Shown here in pieces: positions 10,275-20,353 of a stretch of DNA of 64,000 bases. This stretch comes from Candidatus Bathyarchaeota archaeon (GTDB lineage Archaea; Thermoproteota; Bathyarchaeia; Bathyarchaeales; Bathycorpusculaceae). The stretch spans positions 416,001 through 480,000 of the forward strand of contig CAWEPZ010000002.1 in the NCBI GenBank assembly GCA_963811105.1, in the 5' to 3' direction. The translations under genes and the position numbers were made by a program. How positions within the stretch are numbered: position 1 is the first letter of the stretch; every line of letters begins with the position of its first letter. The notes under the pieces were generated by a model that worked only from the letters and a program-made list of their open reading frames with translations, did not search any database and was not told the origin of the DNA.

Positions 10275-10369
10275 AGTCAGAAACTTTCTAGCGCAAATTC
10301 CCCTAAACTTGAAAAAGCTTTCATAATGAAACAGGCTTCTCAGGGTTAAATTTTCACCACCTGGCGAAT

Positions 10370-10522
10370 TGGGCAGCCGTGGCATCCGAACCCTCTATGC
10401 ATGGAGATGTCACCCGCAAATCTCCCCTTTTGTTTTCTTACGAAAAAGTAAAAACTTCTTTTCAGTTCTGGGAGATGGCTTCTGATTTGAAGTATGATCC
10501 CCTACCCGCTTAGGCTTCAAGG
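10370..10522. repeat. intergenic repeat family unit (motifs A and B)
   Basis: GAACCCTCT..GGAGATGTCACCCGCA matches 9378-9408; CTGGGA..GGCTT.TGA.TTGAAGTATGATCCCCTACCCGCTTAGGCTTCAAGG matches 9236-9290. Confidence 0.75.
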
Positions 10523-10637
10523 GATTGGTCTCCACACTACTTCTCAGGCCAACCTTTTGCTATTTGGCAGTGGCGTATTTCGGCTTCATCGGTGTTTTTT
10601 CAGGTTTCCCGTGTTGCTGTCTGGGGTTTAGTAGATA

Positions 10638-11537
10638 TTATATTAGTTTTGGAAGGCCAAAGTTCTTTGACCAGAACATTGCAGTATCTCTTTTCATTTC
10701 ATATATTCTCGATAGCTCGCCATAGCAGCACATATCACATTTCGAGCAATCATCTTTCTCTATATGCCTTATCATGCAGTCATTTCTCTGTTTACCGTTA
10801 GCCATTACAGAAACAAGAAGCCACGGGTAACAATTCTTATTTTTTCCTACAGTCTGAAGATAGGACAATGAACTTAGTACTTTGGGGTATTTCTTTTTCA
10901 AACCAATAATATTCTCTGCAACCGCCCTCCTTTGTTCGGCATCTAATGCAACATCCTGAATGTCGCCATATTGGTATTCAAAATTGAACATCAAACCAAA
11001 CACAGGATTTGAATCGGAAAAGTATTTGCACATTGCTTCTACATCATTTGAGTTTGTTTTCGATATGGTGGAAAGGACGATTATTTTCTTATCGGAGTTC
11101 TCCATTATGGTTTTTGTCGCCTTTTCAAAGTGCCCCTGTCCCCTTATCGTATTATCTGATTTTTCCATCCCATCTATAGAAATCCAAAAGACATCCGGAT
11201 TTATTCCCGAAATATTTTGAGTTCCGTTTGTTATGTAAATAGCGAACATGTTTTTTGATTTTATGTATTCCACTATCTCTTTTATGCCACTATACAAGGT
11301 TGGCTCGCCGCCTTCAATTACTATGGCAACTGCACCTTTTTCATACAGATCGTCAATGATGTCTGTCCATTCTTCTAATGGCAGATCTTTGGTTATCTTA
11401 TTGGTCCAAGTGCAGTGTTTGCAGTGCAGATTGCATCTTTGTGTTATTTTTATTGCTGCGGCAATGGGTGACCTGTCCCTTAGTAGTCTCCATTTCAATT
11501 GCCGTTGGTAGTAATACAATTTACTCTTTCGGTTCAT
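10638..11537 (-). CDS. radical SAM protein with Cys-rich C-terminus
   Basis: CNLHCKHC (CxxxCxxC), GGEP, TNGT, SIDG, RGQG; C-terminal CSKCDMCC. Confidence 0.9.
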   Translation of the reverse strand: MNRKSKLYYYQRQLKWRLLRDRSPIAAAIKITQRCNLHCKHCTWTNKITKDLPLEEWTDIIDDLYEKGAVAIVIEGGEPTLYSGIKEIVEYIKSKNMFAIYITNGTQNISGINPDVFWISIDGMEKSDNTIRGQGHFEKATKTIMENSDKKIIVLSTISKTNSNDVEAMCKYFSDSNPVFGLMFNFEYQYGDIQDVALDAEQRRAVAENIIGLKKKYPKVLSSLSYLQTVGKNKNCYPWLLVSVMANGKQRNDCMIRHIEKDDCSKCDMCCYGELSRIYEMKRDTAMFWSKNFGLPKLI

Positions 11538-12534
11538 CTTTAATTCTCGATTTTCCTGTCTTTAATTTTATCAGAAAGTTGAAAATAGGATCGTTATGAT
11601 AAGGAAGCCCCCAATAGTCACGATACACCATCAGGCATGTTTCAGAATCACGGTCCCTTAATGCGTGCATTAACGGAACTTGGCTACAGCCGCAATGTTT
11701 GCATTCTGCTTCTGCACCATAGGCACAGTGATATTTGTATTTGCCGTCCGCCGCATAGAACTTGAATACTTTCTTGGTTATGCACTTTTCAAGGGAATTC
11801 CAGCATCCGATACCGCCATCACTTTTCATGTAGTGCCCGACACGTTCCGTAAAAAATATCTTGTTGCCAAACTCTTTGCGAAAATTGACAATTTCATCAA
11901 TTACTCCATTCCTTTCTTCCAAAGTAATCTTTTCCATGTTGCCATCCTGTTTCACGCTTGGACAAAAGAAACAAAAGTATATTCCCCTGACATTCTTGCG
12001 GTGAATGAAGTTTTCAACTATTTCTCTCAAATGGTCTTTGTTTGACTTGCAAACGGTAACATGAACCATTACCTTTGTTGATTGTTTGTCCAGTATTTCA
12101 GTTACCTTCCCGAATGTTCCTTTTCCACGTATGCTGTCATGAATACTCTCCGGTCCATCGATGGAGAGTGCATACATTGCGTTGTTTACGGGGGGGTATC
12201 CCAACGTACCATTTGTAAAAATCAATGTAAAATCAAAAATCTTGCCGGCTTCTGCACATATTTTTGGCCTTAGGAGCGGCTCTCCACCCAAAAGGTAAAT
12301 TATCTTCAATCCATCTCGGCGAAGACCTTTCATAAGATCTATCATTTGTTCATCGTTCAGGTCTGGATTTTTTTCTTGACGTCCCCAATAGCAATGTGTG
12401 CAGTGGAGATTGCATTTGTTGGTTATATCCAAACCACCACCAAAAAATTTTTCGTCATCAAGATAGTTAAAAAAATTCCAAGCGGTCTTTAATCGCCCAA
12501 CTGTTTGCATAACCATAACATAATAGATTTCCAC
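11521..12534 (-). CDS. radical SAM protein with Cys-rich C-terminus
   Basis: CNLHCTHC, GGEPLLR, TNGT, SIDG..HDSIRGKG; C-terminal CKHCGC. Confidence 0.9.
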   Translation of the reverse strand: MEIYYVMVMQTVGRLKTAWNFFNYLDDEKFFGGGLDITNKCNLHCTHCYWGRQEKNPDLNDEQMIDLMKGLRRDGLKIIYLLGGEPLLRPKICAEAGKIFDFTLIFTNGTLGYPPVNNAMYALSIDGPESIHDSIRGKGTFGKVTEILDKQSTKVMVHVTVCKSNKDHLREIVENFIHRKNVRGIYFCFFCPSVKQDGNMEKITLEERNGVIDEIVNFRKEFGNKIFFTERVGHYMKSDGGIGCWNSLEKCITKKVFKFYAADGKYKYHCAYGAEAECKHCGCSQVPLMHALRDRDSETCLMVYRDYWGLPYHNDPIFNFLIKLKTGKSRIKDEPKE

Positions 12535-13068
12535 TTAAACACTTTATCTGTTTTGCGACTTATTGGGTTGGTCTCGAAGGATGTCTGTTCTGTAGCACAT
12601 GCTGAGCGAGATACTTTAGATAGCGAATTTTACTTATGCTGTGGCTACTGAATTTCAATGCTTGCGCTATTCGCTTTTTGGGGAAAAGCTTTCTTTGGAT
12701 TTTTGAATGAGTTCCTTAAAGGATTCTCATAAGCTTTTAGATCCACACCTAAAGCGGTCTAGTCACTACCAGGTTGACCCCGACAAAGGTACGTGTTTTT
12801 ATTGCTAACGGTTCTGTAAAGAAAAGCTGGGACCTGCTTAACTGCAATGTGGTTTTGCATCTTGGTTTATTTAGTTGATTTTATGACTCCGTTTTGAAAA
12901 TTTGAGGAAGAAATCCACTTTTGTCACTAAAAATTTTTGTCTCGATTTCAAATATATTGACTAATAAACCATCATTTCGCATATTTAATCAAAATAACCT
13001 TAATTACAACTTTAAAAAATGGGGCCGGAGGGGATCCTAGCCCCAATTTATCAGTAAAAAGACCTGTT

Positions 13069-13180
13069 GATCCTCCAGTATCATAACAGGCTTGTAAGAA
13101 TGAGCATCCGCATGATAGACGTTGAGGGGCTTGGATTTGAACCTTTAACCCGTTGAGACATCACTCGCATATCCTCTTTT
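13069..13180. repeat. intergenic repeat family unit (motifs C-A)
   Basis: GATCCTCCAGTA identical to 9314; TGAGCATC; GGATTTGAACC..GAGACATCACTCGCAT. Confidence 0.75.
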
Positions 13181-13270
13181 TCTGGTTTATCATTATTTCC
13201 CCAGGGTAACAGGGAGTAATTAATGCTTATTTAATTACTTCGAGAATCAGTTATTGGAGATTTTGTCTTT

Positions 13271-13624
13271 ATGCAATCAATAAGTCTAGCTCTTCCCATT
13301 TTGGCAGGCAAAACCGAAGCGGCAAAAGCAGTGTTCAAGACTATAAAAGATGAAAAATGGAAAGACTACCAAAGAGTTCAGAAGAATGCGGGAGTGGAGA
13401 AAGAACGCGACTTCTTGCAAATAACACCCATGGGCGATATGCTGTTGCTCTACATAGAATCAAAAGACATTCAAAAAACTTTCATGACGTTTTCAGCATC
13501 TAAAGACCCATTCGACCTATGGTTCGTAGAAGAAATGAAGAAAAATACAGGTGTAGATTTCAGTCAGCCGATGTCAGGTCCTCTGCCAGAACTATTAATT
13601 TCATATGACAAATCTATTCTGTAA
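13271..13624 (+). CDS. small dimeric alpha-beta barrel-like protein (DUF6176-like)
   Basis: LPILAGKTE..GVEKERDFLQ..S.DPFDLWF pattern; GGAGA RBS. Confidence 0.6.
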   Translation: MQSISLALPILAGKTEAAKAVFKTIKDEKWKDYQRVQKNAGVEKERDFLQITPMGDMLLLYIESKDIQKTFMTFSASKDPFDLWFVEEMKKNTGVDFSQPMSGPLPELLISYDKSIL

Positions 13625-13674
13625 CTGTAACAATAATTTTCTTTAGAAAAGAATCGTAAAGGAGGACAGATTTT

Positions 13675-14076
13675 ATGTCGAAAAAAATGCAAACTCAAGA
13701 CTCACATCATGAAGAACTTGTTAAGGGACTTCATGACCAACTGAAGCAGATCTTTGATTCATCGGAACAAGCAATTTACCTCTATTTAGACGACAGCCAC
13801 AAAGTATGTAACGAGAAGTTTGCCGAGATGCAAGGTTATAATTCACCCGAAGAATGGGCAAAAGTTGAAAATCCCTTAGAAGTTGGCGTTGACAAAACGA
13901 GTCAGGATGCTGTGGTTTCTGCCTATCGAGATGCTATGGAGAAACTGGTAGGTTCAAAGATAGATGTTAAACTAAAGAAGAAGGCTGGCGGCACTTTAGA
14001 CGCTTCTATCATAATGGTGCCAGTTGCGTATCAAGAACACTTGTTTGCTCTCCACTTCATCTCAGAGAAGAAATAA
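13675..14076 (+). CDS. stand-alone PAS-like domain protein
   Basis: QIFDSSEQAIY..CNEKFAEMQGY..PEEW; GGAGG RBS. Confidence 0.6.
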   Translation: MSKKMQTQDSHHEELVKGLHDQLKQIFDSSEQAIYLYLDDSHKVCNEKFAEMQGYNSPEEWAKVENPLEVGVDKTSQDAVVSAYRDAMEKLVGSKIDVKLKKKAGGTLDASIIMVPVAYQEHLFALHFISEKK

Positions 14077-14168
14077 TACAGAATTATGTTGGCAATTCCC
14101 TTGATAATTATGCCACAAGTACTAACCAAAGAGTAATACCGAAACCGGCAATCAAAAGCCGTTTAGCA

Positions 14169-14573
14169 CTAGCGGGACTTGGAAGCGTTCAGTTTCACAG
14201 CGGCATGAATGAGAGCTTTAAAGGCTTCCTCGTCAATCTTCTCGCCTTCATGGATGTCGATGGCGCGCCTGACGGTCCCAGGCTGGTTGAATATGTGAGA
14301 GGGGTCATCTAGCGAAGCACCCTTGAAGAAAGTGAGCTTGACCACGTTCTTGTAGGTCTCGCCTGTGCAGATGCCGCCGTTGTGGGACCAGACTGGAGTT
14401 CCGGGATTTGTTGGCTTCACCCACTTCCACCCTTCAACTATTTCTGGGTCCGCCTCCTTGATGAGCCGGCGCACTTTGGCTAACGTTTCTCCGCGCCAAT
14501 CGCTCAGTTCCTGAATTCTAGCGTCGATAAGCTGTGAAGGAGACTTATCTTTCTTCGCACTACTTTGTGCCAT
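14169..14573 (-). CDS. DUF1801 (YdhG-like) protein
   Basis: DWRGETLA..LIKEADPEIVEGWKW..GTPVW..KLTFFKGASLDDP. Confidence 0.9.
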   Translation of the reverse strand: MAQSSAKKDKSPSQLIDARIQELSDWRGETLAKVRRLIKEADPEIVEGWKWVKPTNPGTPVWSHNGGICTGETYKNVVKLTFFKGASLDDPSHIFNQPGTVRRAIDIHEGEKIDEEAFKALIHAAVKLNASKSR

Positions 14574-14704
14574 GTTCTTCCCTTGTCACTATTTCCTAAT
14601 TAAGTACTTAGTTACCTATCCTTATTTGCTCTGCATATTATTTATACCCGTACTTATTAGGGGAAGTCTACTTAATTTCTCAAACCCACGCGCTATTTGG
14701 CAAA

Positions 14705-15154
14705 ATGCAACCGACATACTATTATTTGTTGAGAAAGTATACAATAAAGAGATCGGAAGAGGCGTTGGTCTTGGAAGTAGAAAACGTATTCAAAATAGCA
14801 ATGACCTACTCCAGAGTTCGCGAGTTCCTGACAAGCAAGGGTTGGGAATTCCAAGGAAAGAATGTGGAAATGGAGATGGACTCGTTCAAAAACAAGAAGA
14901 CGGGGAAGAAGGTGTTCGTCGAGGACATTTCGGAGGACTTTCCAGTGACCTTTCTTATGGGCGAGCTTAGCGTGCCGGAGTTCAGTATCATTGCCAGTGA
15001 ATTGACGCCAGAAATCCAGTTACTGGAAGTTGACAGTAGTTGGGAAGGTAAACCGACGACCATCGTGGTTGCGATGACAGAAGAGCAAGTTAGGAACATG
15101 TTCGGCAGAAGAACGAAGATGAGAAAACTTGCGGTTCACAAAAAGCTCGTCTGA
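14705..15154 (+). CDS. hypothetical protein
   Basis: 149-aa ORF with coding-like composition; true start may be downstream. Confidence 0.55.
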   Translation: MQPTYYYLLRKYTIKRSEEALVLEVENVFKIAMTYSRVREFLTSKGWEFQGKNVEMEMDSFKNKKTGKKVFVEDISEDFPVTFLMGELSVPEFSIIASELTPEIQLLEVDSSWEGKPTTIVVAMTEEQVRNMFGRRTKMRKLAVHKKLV

Positions 15155-15301
15155 GTGATCTCTTTCAGAGAATTATTCCTCAGCCTCATCACCCAGCAGG
15201 AAGCCTACTTTTTTAGCTAACTTAGTTGAGAAACCATAACACAAAACGAACGCTAAATCTTATTAAAGCTACCAGCCTATGGACTACTAAAGAGGCTTCC
15301 A

Positions 15302-15751
15302 ATGAATCAAGAAAACAAAATATGCCTATTCTCTCTATCCAAGAAAGACCCTACATTTAGAAGCGCTGTATCAATTAGTCGACCAATTGAATGGTTAAAC
15401 GGTAAGAAAAACCCACCGCACAGATATTATTTCCGAACCATTGCACCCGTTTCTTTACCAAAAGGTTCGAAATTACTTTTTTCATTTGAAAACTTGATTT
15501 TTGGGGAAGCCATTATAAAAGAGGGAATTCAGATTTTACAGAAATCAGATATGAAAATACCAGAGACCTTTTCTGGGTATTATAAAAAATTTTGCGTTTT
15601 TAACCCTGATAGCATCCGCATTTATCGATTTTACCCTACAAAAAGTGAATTGCTGGAAAACGAAAAATTCGCTGACTATCAATTTTCACAGTTATTCAGC
15701 TACCTAAACTTAGAACAGTATACTGAGATCTTAAAAATAGCCGAGCGTTAA
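15302..15751 (+). CDS. hypothetical protein, possible PUA/EVE-like nucleic-acid-binding fold
   Basis: YYFR..LPKGSKLLFSFENLIFGEAII..F.PDSIRIY pattern. Confidence 0.5.
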   Translation: MNQENKICLFSLSKKDPTFRSAVSISRPIEWLNGKKNPPHRYYFRTIAPVSLPKGSKLLFSFENLIFGEAIIKEGIQILQKSDMKIPETFSGYYKKFCVFNPDSIRIYRFYPTKSELLENEKFADYQFSQLFSYLNLEQYTEILKIAER

Positions 15752-16005
15752 TCATCAAGCAAAGGAATCATACCGTTTGGGGGTAAGTCCGGGTCCGACT
15801 CAGCCCACAACTACTCGATTGTTTAACTCAACGGTTTTGAACCCATTTGGGCCCAGCGGTCCCCACTATAACTTAACGCGCAAACTCTATTCTTGCAACA
15901 AAAAGTGTGAACAGTCAACTATCGCGCATGGGAATTGGCGATGATCGATAGGGAAAAGCTTGTACACACTAACTCAATTGTTAAATTCTTAGAAAAGTGA
16001 CTTAA

Positions 16006-16213
16006 CTGAGTGTTTGCGTTTTTTCATCGTTGTGTGTTCAAAGCTTATTTTTCAATTGACTCATGCATGAGTACATGTTCGGCTTTATCGTAGGCATTCC
16101 AATGAATTAGCTCTTAGAAAAAAGCTTGAGGAATCCCGTGTCGACACTTCAAAAACAAGAATCGTTGACAGAGCGAAATTCCTGACGAAATGCGCATGAA
16201 AATGAACAGTTTA
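16006..16213 (+). mobile_element. MITE-like internally deleted IS701-family element
   Basis: 16006-16100 matches the reverse complement of 59670-59764 (IS end plus MFGFI.GIP transposase start); 16185-16210 matches the other IS end at 58487-58516. Confidence 0.8.
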
Positions 16214-16215
16214 TT

Positions 16216-18738
16216 TTAGATGGCTTGAGCTGCTTTATTTTGGATTGTTATGTTTCTGAAGTAAGCACGGTCGTTGAATGAACCACCATTATCTAAATCA
16301 AATTCAGGCACAGAGACCACTTGATCTTTTGCAACATTGACAGTAACTGTTTTTTGCATATTGTCGTCGTCAGGGTTAAGAGTACCTGTCAATTTAACGT
16401 CAACTGACAAATCACTCGTTCTTATTTTTACATCTATTTCCAGTCTTCCCACAACATCTCCAACGGAAGCTTCATCACGCGCAACATCTTCAAGTCTCGT
16501 ATTATTTGCGTCAGACATGTCGCATATCCACACGCCATTTTTCTGGTCGAAAACTGGCACCCCGCTTTGAACAAAAAGAGTTTTGTTTGGATATTCATCT
16601 GCGTGATCAGCCCCAGTTAAGTAAACGTCATCTACGCGAATCCAACCTTTGACAATAACGTTTCTCATACACTCAGGGGGATCAAGCAACGTTATTACTT
16701 GGTAAGTATTGGTGTTTGGCTGAATTGTACTAGTTGTTATTTCGCCATAGCATATCTTTCCATTGTTTGGGTTTTCCCATCTGGCGACAACTTTGTATTG
16801 ACCACCAGACTTAACTTGTAATGCAAAGCTTGGAACATAGTGATTAGAATTGAGAACGATTCGACTTATTGTGTTATAGCAACTTGCGTTGACGTAGGCC
16901 CCTTCCACAACTGTCCCTTGATATTTAACGTCTCCAGAAATAATGGCTGTGCCCGTGCTTTTGACGAGAACGCATTTTGGTCTTCGGAATACACCTACGC
17001 AGAGCGCAACGGGTCTATTGAAACCGTATAATCCCCAATTTCCATCTGTGCTGGCTATAACTGGTGGATCCCAGAACATGTGAATGTTATCAGGACTAAC
17101 TGCACGACCAACACCCGGCGCATCCGCCCAGTTACTGGAATCTACTTGAATAGTGTTTCCTTTGGCGTCTACGCAATGCGTATCCCCAGGAAACCCTCGG
17201 CAACAGTCGAAAGCGAAAGCATTGCACATCTGGTTAGCAATATCATCAGGCATATCATAGAGCCATTCAATAAGATCTGCAAGAGTAATTGCGCCCAAAG
17301 CACCTCCCAAAATAGGATTAAGCAAAGCTCCAAGAGCCGCAGTACCCGCAGCGGCAGCCAAAATAAAAGCGGTCCTACCAACAATATCGAGAGCAGATTG
17401 AACTACTCCAGGCATCCCCGCCTTAACACTGTCATAAACTTGTTGTGAGATGTTATCGCTAAGCCATTTGGCCGCTTTCTTTCTTGATTCAGCATCGTAA
17501 AAATATAGTCCATCTATAGTGTAAGGGTCAGTAACATCTCCTAAGTAGTCAGGCGCTATTGTTCTAACGCAGTTTCCATGTGCATCGCCAAGTGCTTCCT
17601 GAGGCGATTCAACAGTATCAAGATGAATTTTGTTCCACCCTAATTTCGAACCTTTTTCATTAACCATACGAACTGCTTGCCAAACAAACGAGGAGCAAAC
17701 GGCCGGCATCGTGGGCACTTTGATCCAATTCAGTTTGGAAGGATCTGACCAATCAATCCACTTGCCTGGATTAATAGTGTCGGATTCAGGTTGGGCATTA
17801 AGCATTTGCTGTATTGGACCTTGGTAGTCTAGTACTTCGCCTACTACCGCATTTGTATAGCAATAGAATCGATAATGTGTGTACATCTGCATTGCCATGT
17901 CAGCAACATGTTCAAGGGCTGACTTAACGTAGTCGTTTTCAAGAATTGGACAAGGCTTTACGACTAACGCAGGAAACCAAGTTTGACCATCGTCAGAGAC
18001 GGGGTCAAATGAAAGTGCATCTATAGTATATGCATTTTTGGGGTTGCTCGAACTTTCCATATCAGGCAAATCTGCCCCTTTATAACTGTCTGTTAAATTT
18101 GGCAAGTGTTTTCCGGAGCCATACCTGTCAGCCATGAAAGCTTGTTCAATTGACTGAGTTATGCTTCCCGGCCAGCCGTATCTCACATGGTCATCGTTGA
18201 GACCGTCGGTGGGTGCTGGTTTGCCAAGTATGTCTCCAGTATAGTACTCTTTGGCGTTGAGTCTACTTTGGGATCCTGGGCAGTGTCTAATCAAATTTAA
18301 GTCTCTCACCATAATGCCCATATGTGAGTAATGCTGCGGTGGGTTGAGCTCATGCAGAAGACCTCCAATTATGCCGCCTGCACCACCTGGTGTAAGAATT
18401 AGGTGACCCTTGTATGCATTTGCGATGTATACATCCTTGACGTTTATTTCGTCTCCAGAATATGAGCAAGTAAGTGTGGGGTCTGTTGGGCAATCATCAC
18501 AATTGCAAGGCAATGGTTGCGGTTGATTGACAGGTTTGCGACGGTAGCTTGGCTCGCAAATTTTTATTGGCTCACAATTCTTCGGAACTCTGTTTTTTGA
18601 CTTATTCAACTTTTTTTTTGTTGATGGGTTTACTTTGGTATTTGAAGATTTTTTTGCCTGCGAAAAATTAACCTTCGGTTCTTCTTCTATATTAATACGT
18701 TTCAAAAATAACCCCAAATGAAATGTAACGAGAAACAA
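16216..18738 (-). CDS. large protein with permuted papain-like (NlpC/P60, YiiX-type) catalytic motifs, hydrophobic hairpin and beta-rich C-terminus
   Basis: HYSHMGIMV precedes VCSSFVW (His-before-Cys order); AFILAAAAGTAALGALLNPILGGALGAITL; start uncertain. Confidence 0.6.
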   Translation of the reverse strand: MFLVTFHLGLFLKRINIEEEPKVNFSQAKKSSNTKVNPSTKKKLNKSKNRVPKNCEPIKICEPSYRRKPVNQPQPLPCNCDDCPTDPTLTCSYSGDEINVKDVYIANAYKGHLILTPGGAGGIIGGLLHELNPPQHYSHMGIMVRDLNLIRHCPGSQSRLNAKEYYTGDILGKPAPTDGLNDDHVRYGWPGSITQSIEQAFMADRYGSGKHLPNLTDSYKGADLPDMESSSNPKNAYTIDALSFDPVSDDGQTWFPALVVKPCPILENDYVKSALEHVADMAMQMYTHYRFYCYTNAVVGEVLDYQGPIQQMLNAQPESDTINPGKWIDWSDPSKLNWIKVPTMPAVCSSFVWQAVRMVNEKGSKLGWNKIHLDTVESPQEALGDAHGNCVRTIAPDYLGDVTDPYTIDGLYFYDAESRKKAAKWLSDNISQQVYDSVKAGMPGVVQSALDIVGRTAFILAAAAGTAALGALLNPILGGALGAITLADLIEWLYDMPDDIANQMCNAFAFDCCRGFPGDTHCVDAKGNTIQVDSSNWADAPGVGRAVSPDNIHMFWDPPVIASTDGNWGLYGFNRPVALCVGVFRRPKCVLVKSTGTAIISGDVKYQGTVVEGAYVNASCYNTISRIVLNSNHYVPSFALQVKSGGQYKVVARWENPNNGKICYGEITTSTIQPNTNTYQVITLLDPPECMRNVIVKGWIRVDDVYLTGADHADEYPNKTLFVQSGVPVFDQKNGVWICDMSDANNTRLEDVARDEASVGDVVGRLEIDVKIRTSDLSVDVKLTGTLNPDDDNMQKTVTVNVAKDQVVSVPEFDLDNGGSFNDRAYFRNITIQNKAAQAI

Positions 18739-19004
18739 TTTAAAGATTCCTTAATACATCCTACTCACTAATCTGTTCTCCCTTTCCTCTATATTTTTCC
18801 TCGAAGATCTTTCAATACATTTCGCGATATTTTCGAATTACCCAGAAAGTTTTATGAAAAATATGCAAAGTTTTTTCAATCGTCTGGTTCCAAAATTATT
18901 TAGATTTAAATCAAAAACGGTTTAACTTTCTGTGGGATTTGAACCTGAATTATGGTGCGATTATGTTGCGGTCGCCGAGTTGCAAATCTAAACAGATTCA
19001 AGAT

Positions 19005-19817
19005 TCATAATCTCTTTTTAGCTTTGAAAAATTCCGTTAACACTGGAGCAATGGCTTCTGAGGTTATTGCATGCGTTTGATTCTCTATTGTTCGAAACTT
19101 TGCGTTAGGGATTGCTCTGCTAAGGGTTAGTGTTGTTTGTTTAATGAAAGGTAAACCAGCACCACCATGCATGACTAGTGTTGAAGCTGTTATACGTGAT
19201 ACACGTTCAGTGGGTACTGAACGGTCCGCACCCATCGCGGCAGCGTCATACATTAGGGTGGGCGCTACAGCCTCAAACATTGACCACATGGGGGATTTGC
19301 GCATGCCCTCAATTTGATCCGCAGGTGTACCGACAAACGTCATAAAGAGTGCCACCGCATCACCTCTGCTACCAGCAGCCAAGAACTGCGTAAGATGTTT
19401 ATTGTATTCCCTCCATTCTTCAGAGGCTGTTTCGCCGGACTTATATGGTGCCTCATAAACTGCTAGCTTCTTGACCTTAGCGCTGAGCTTGATTGCCGCC
19501 TCAATCGCCAAACATCCACCTGAGGAGACGCCATACAGATATGCCAACCCACTAATGCTATCTATCAGCGCTTCAATATCCTCGATTTCACGTTCAAGTG
19601 AATATGGTTTGTTATCACCGCTGTCGCCTCGCCCTCGTCGGTCGTACGTGATCACAGTGAAATGTGGTGAAAGTAGCTTAGCCAATTCGGGCATAGGTCC
19701 GAACGATCGAAAACCCAATGCTCCATCGATGAGTATGACCGTTGGTCCCTGACCTTGCTTGTCGTACGCGATTTCTGTACCGTCTTTTGAAAATAATTTG
19801 TTCATGTTATTTTCCAC
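19005..19817 (-). CDS. alpha/beta hydrolase
   Basis: SKDGTEIAY, YDRRGRGDS, nucleophile elbow GVSSGG, C-terminal H. Confidence 0.9.
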   Translation of the reverse strand: MENNMNKLFSKDGTEIAYDKQGQGPTVILIDGALGFRSFGPMPELAKLLSPHFTVITYDRRGRGDSGDNKPYSLEREIEDIEALIDSISGLAYLYGVSSGGCLAIEAAIKLSAKVKKLAVYEAPYKSGETASEEWREYNKHLTQFLAAGSRGDAVALFMTFVGTPADQIEGMRKSPMWSMFEAVAPTLMYDAAAMGADRSVPTERVSRITASTLVMHGGAGLPFIKQTTLTLSRAIPNAKFRTIENQTHAITSEAIAPVLTEFFKAKKRL

Positions 19818-19866
19818 ACATTTTTTTCCTTTAGACAGTTAGGCGCTATCGGTCGGATAAAATCCT

Positions 19867-20310
19867 TTAAGAGAAGGCTCCGGTTGCGTTCGGTGCGTTC
19901 TGAGGAACCATTTGAGTGATATCCCAATATTCCACAATTTTGTCTCCACTGAAACGGAAAAGATGAACTTGCCTTAAGCCTCCTGCACTTGGATTAGAAC
20001 CTGAGATTTGAGTATGCACTGCAACCAGATCATCATCAGCAAGAACCTGCCTGATAATAAGCTTAAAATCAGCCGTCGACCCCTGTATTATTCCTTGTGC
20101 GCCTTGTTTTTGCACGGCAATCATTGCATCAATTAATTCCTTCATGCCACCCACGGTATATGGATTGTGAGTCTTACATTCAGGCGCAAAAAACGGTAGT
20201 CCATCCTTTGGTCTTCCCGAACCAACTAAATTAAAAAACTCAATTGCGATATCTTTACGGACTTTATTAACGTCGTTTTTAGGTACCTCAAAAAGTGTTT
20301 TGCTATTCAT
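19867..20310 (-). CDS. SnoaL/NTF2-like protein
   Basis: HNP, VLADDDLVAVH, HLFRFSGDKIVEYWD. Confidence 0.88.
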   Translation of the reverse strand: MNSKTLFEVPKNDVNKVRKDIAIEFFNLVGSGRPKDGLPFFAPECKTHNPYTVGGMKELIDAMIAVQKQGAQGIIQGSTADFKLIIRQVLADDDLVAVHTQISGSNPSAGGLRQVHLFRFSGDKIVEYWDITQMVPQNAPNATGAFS

Positions 20311-20353
20311 TTTTACACCTAAAAAAGGTTAGAAATTAAGAATATTTAAGCGT

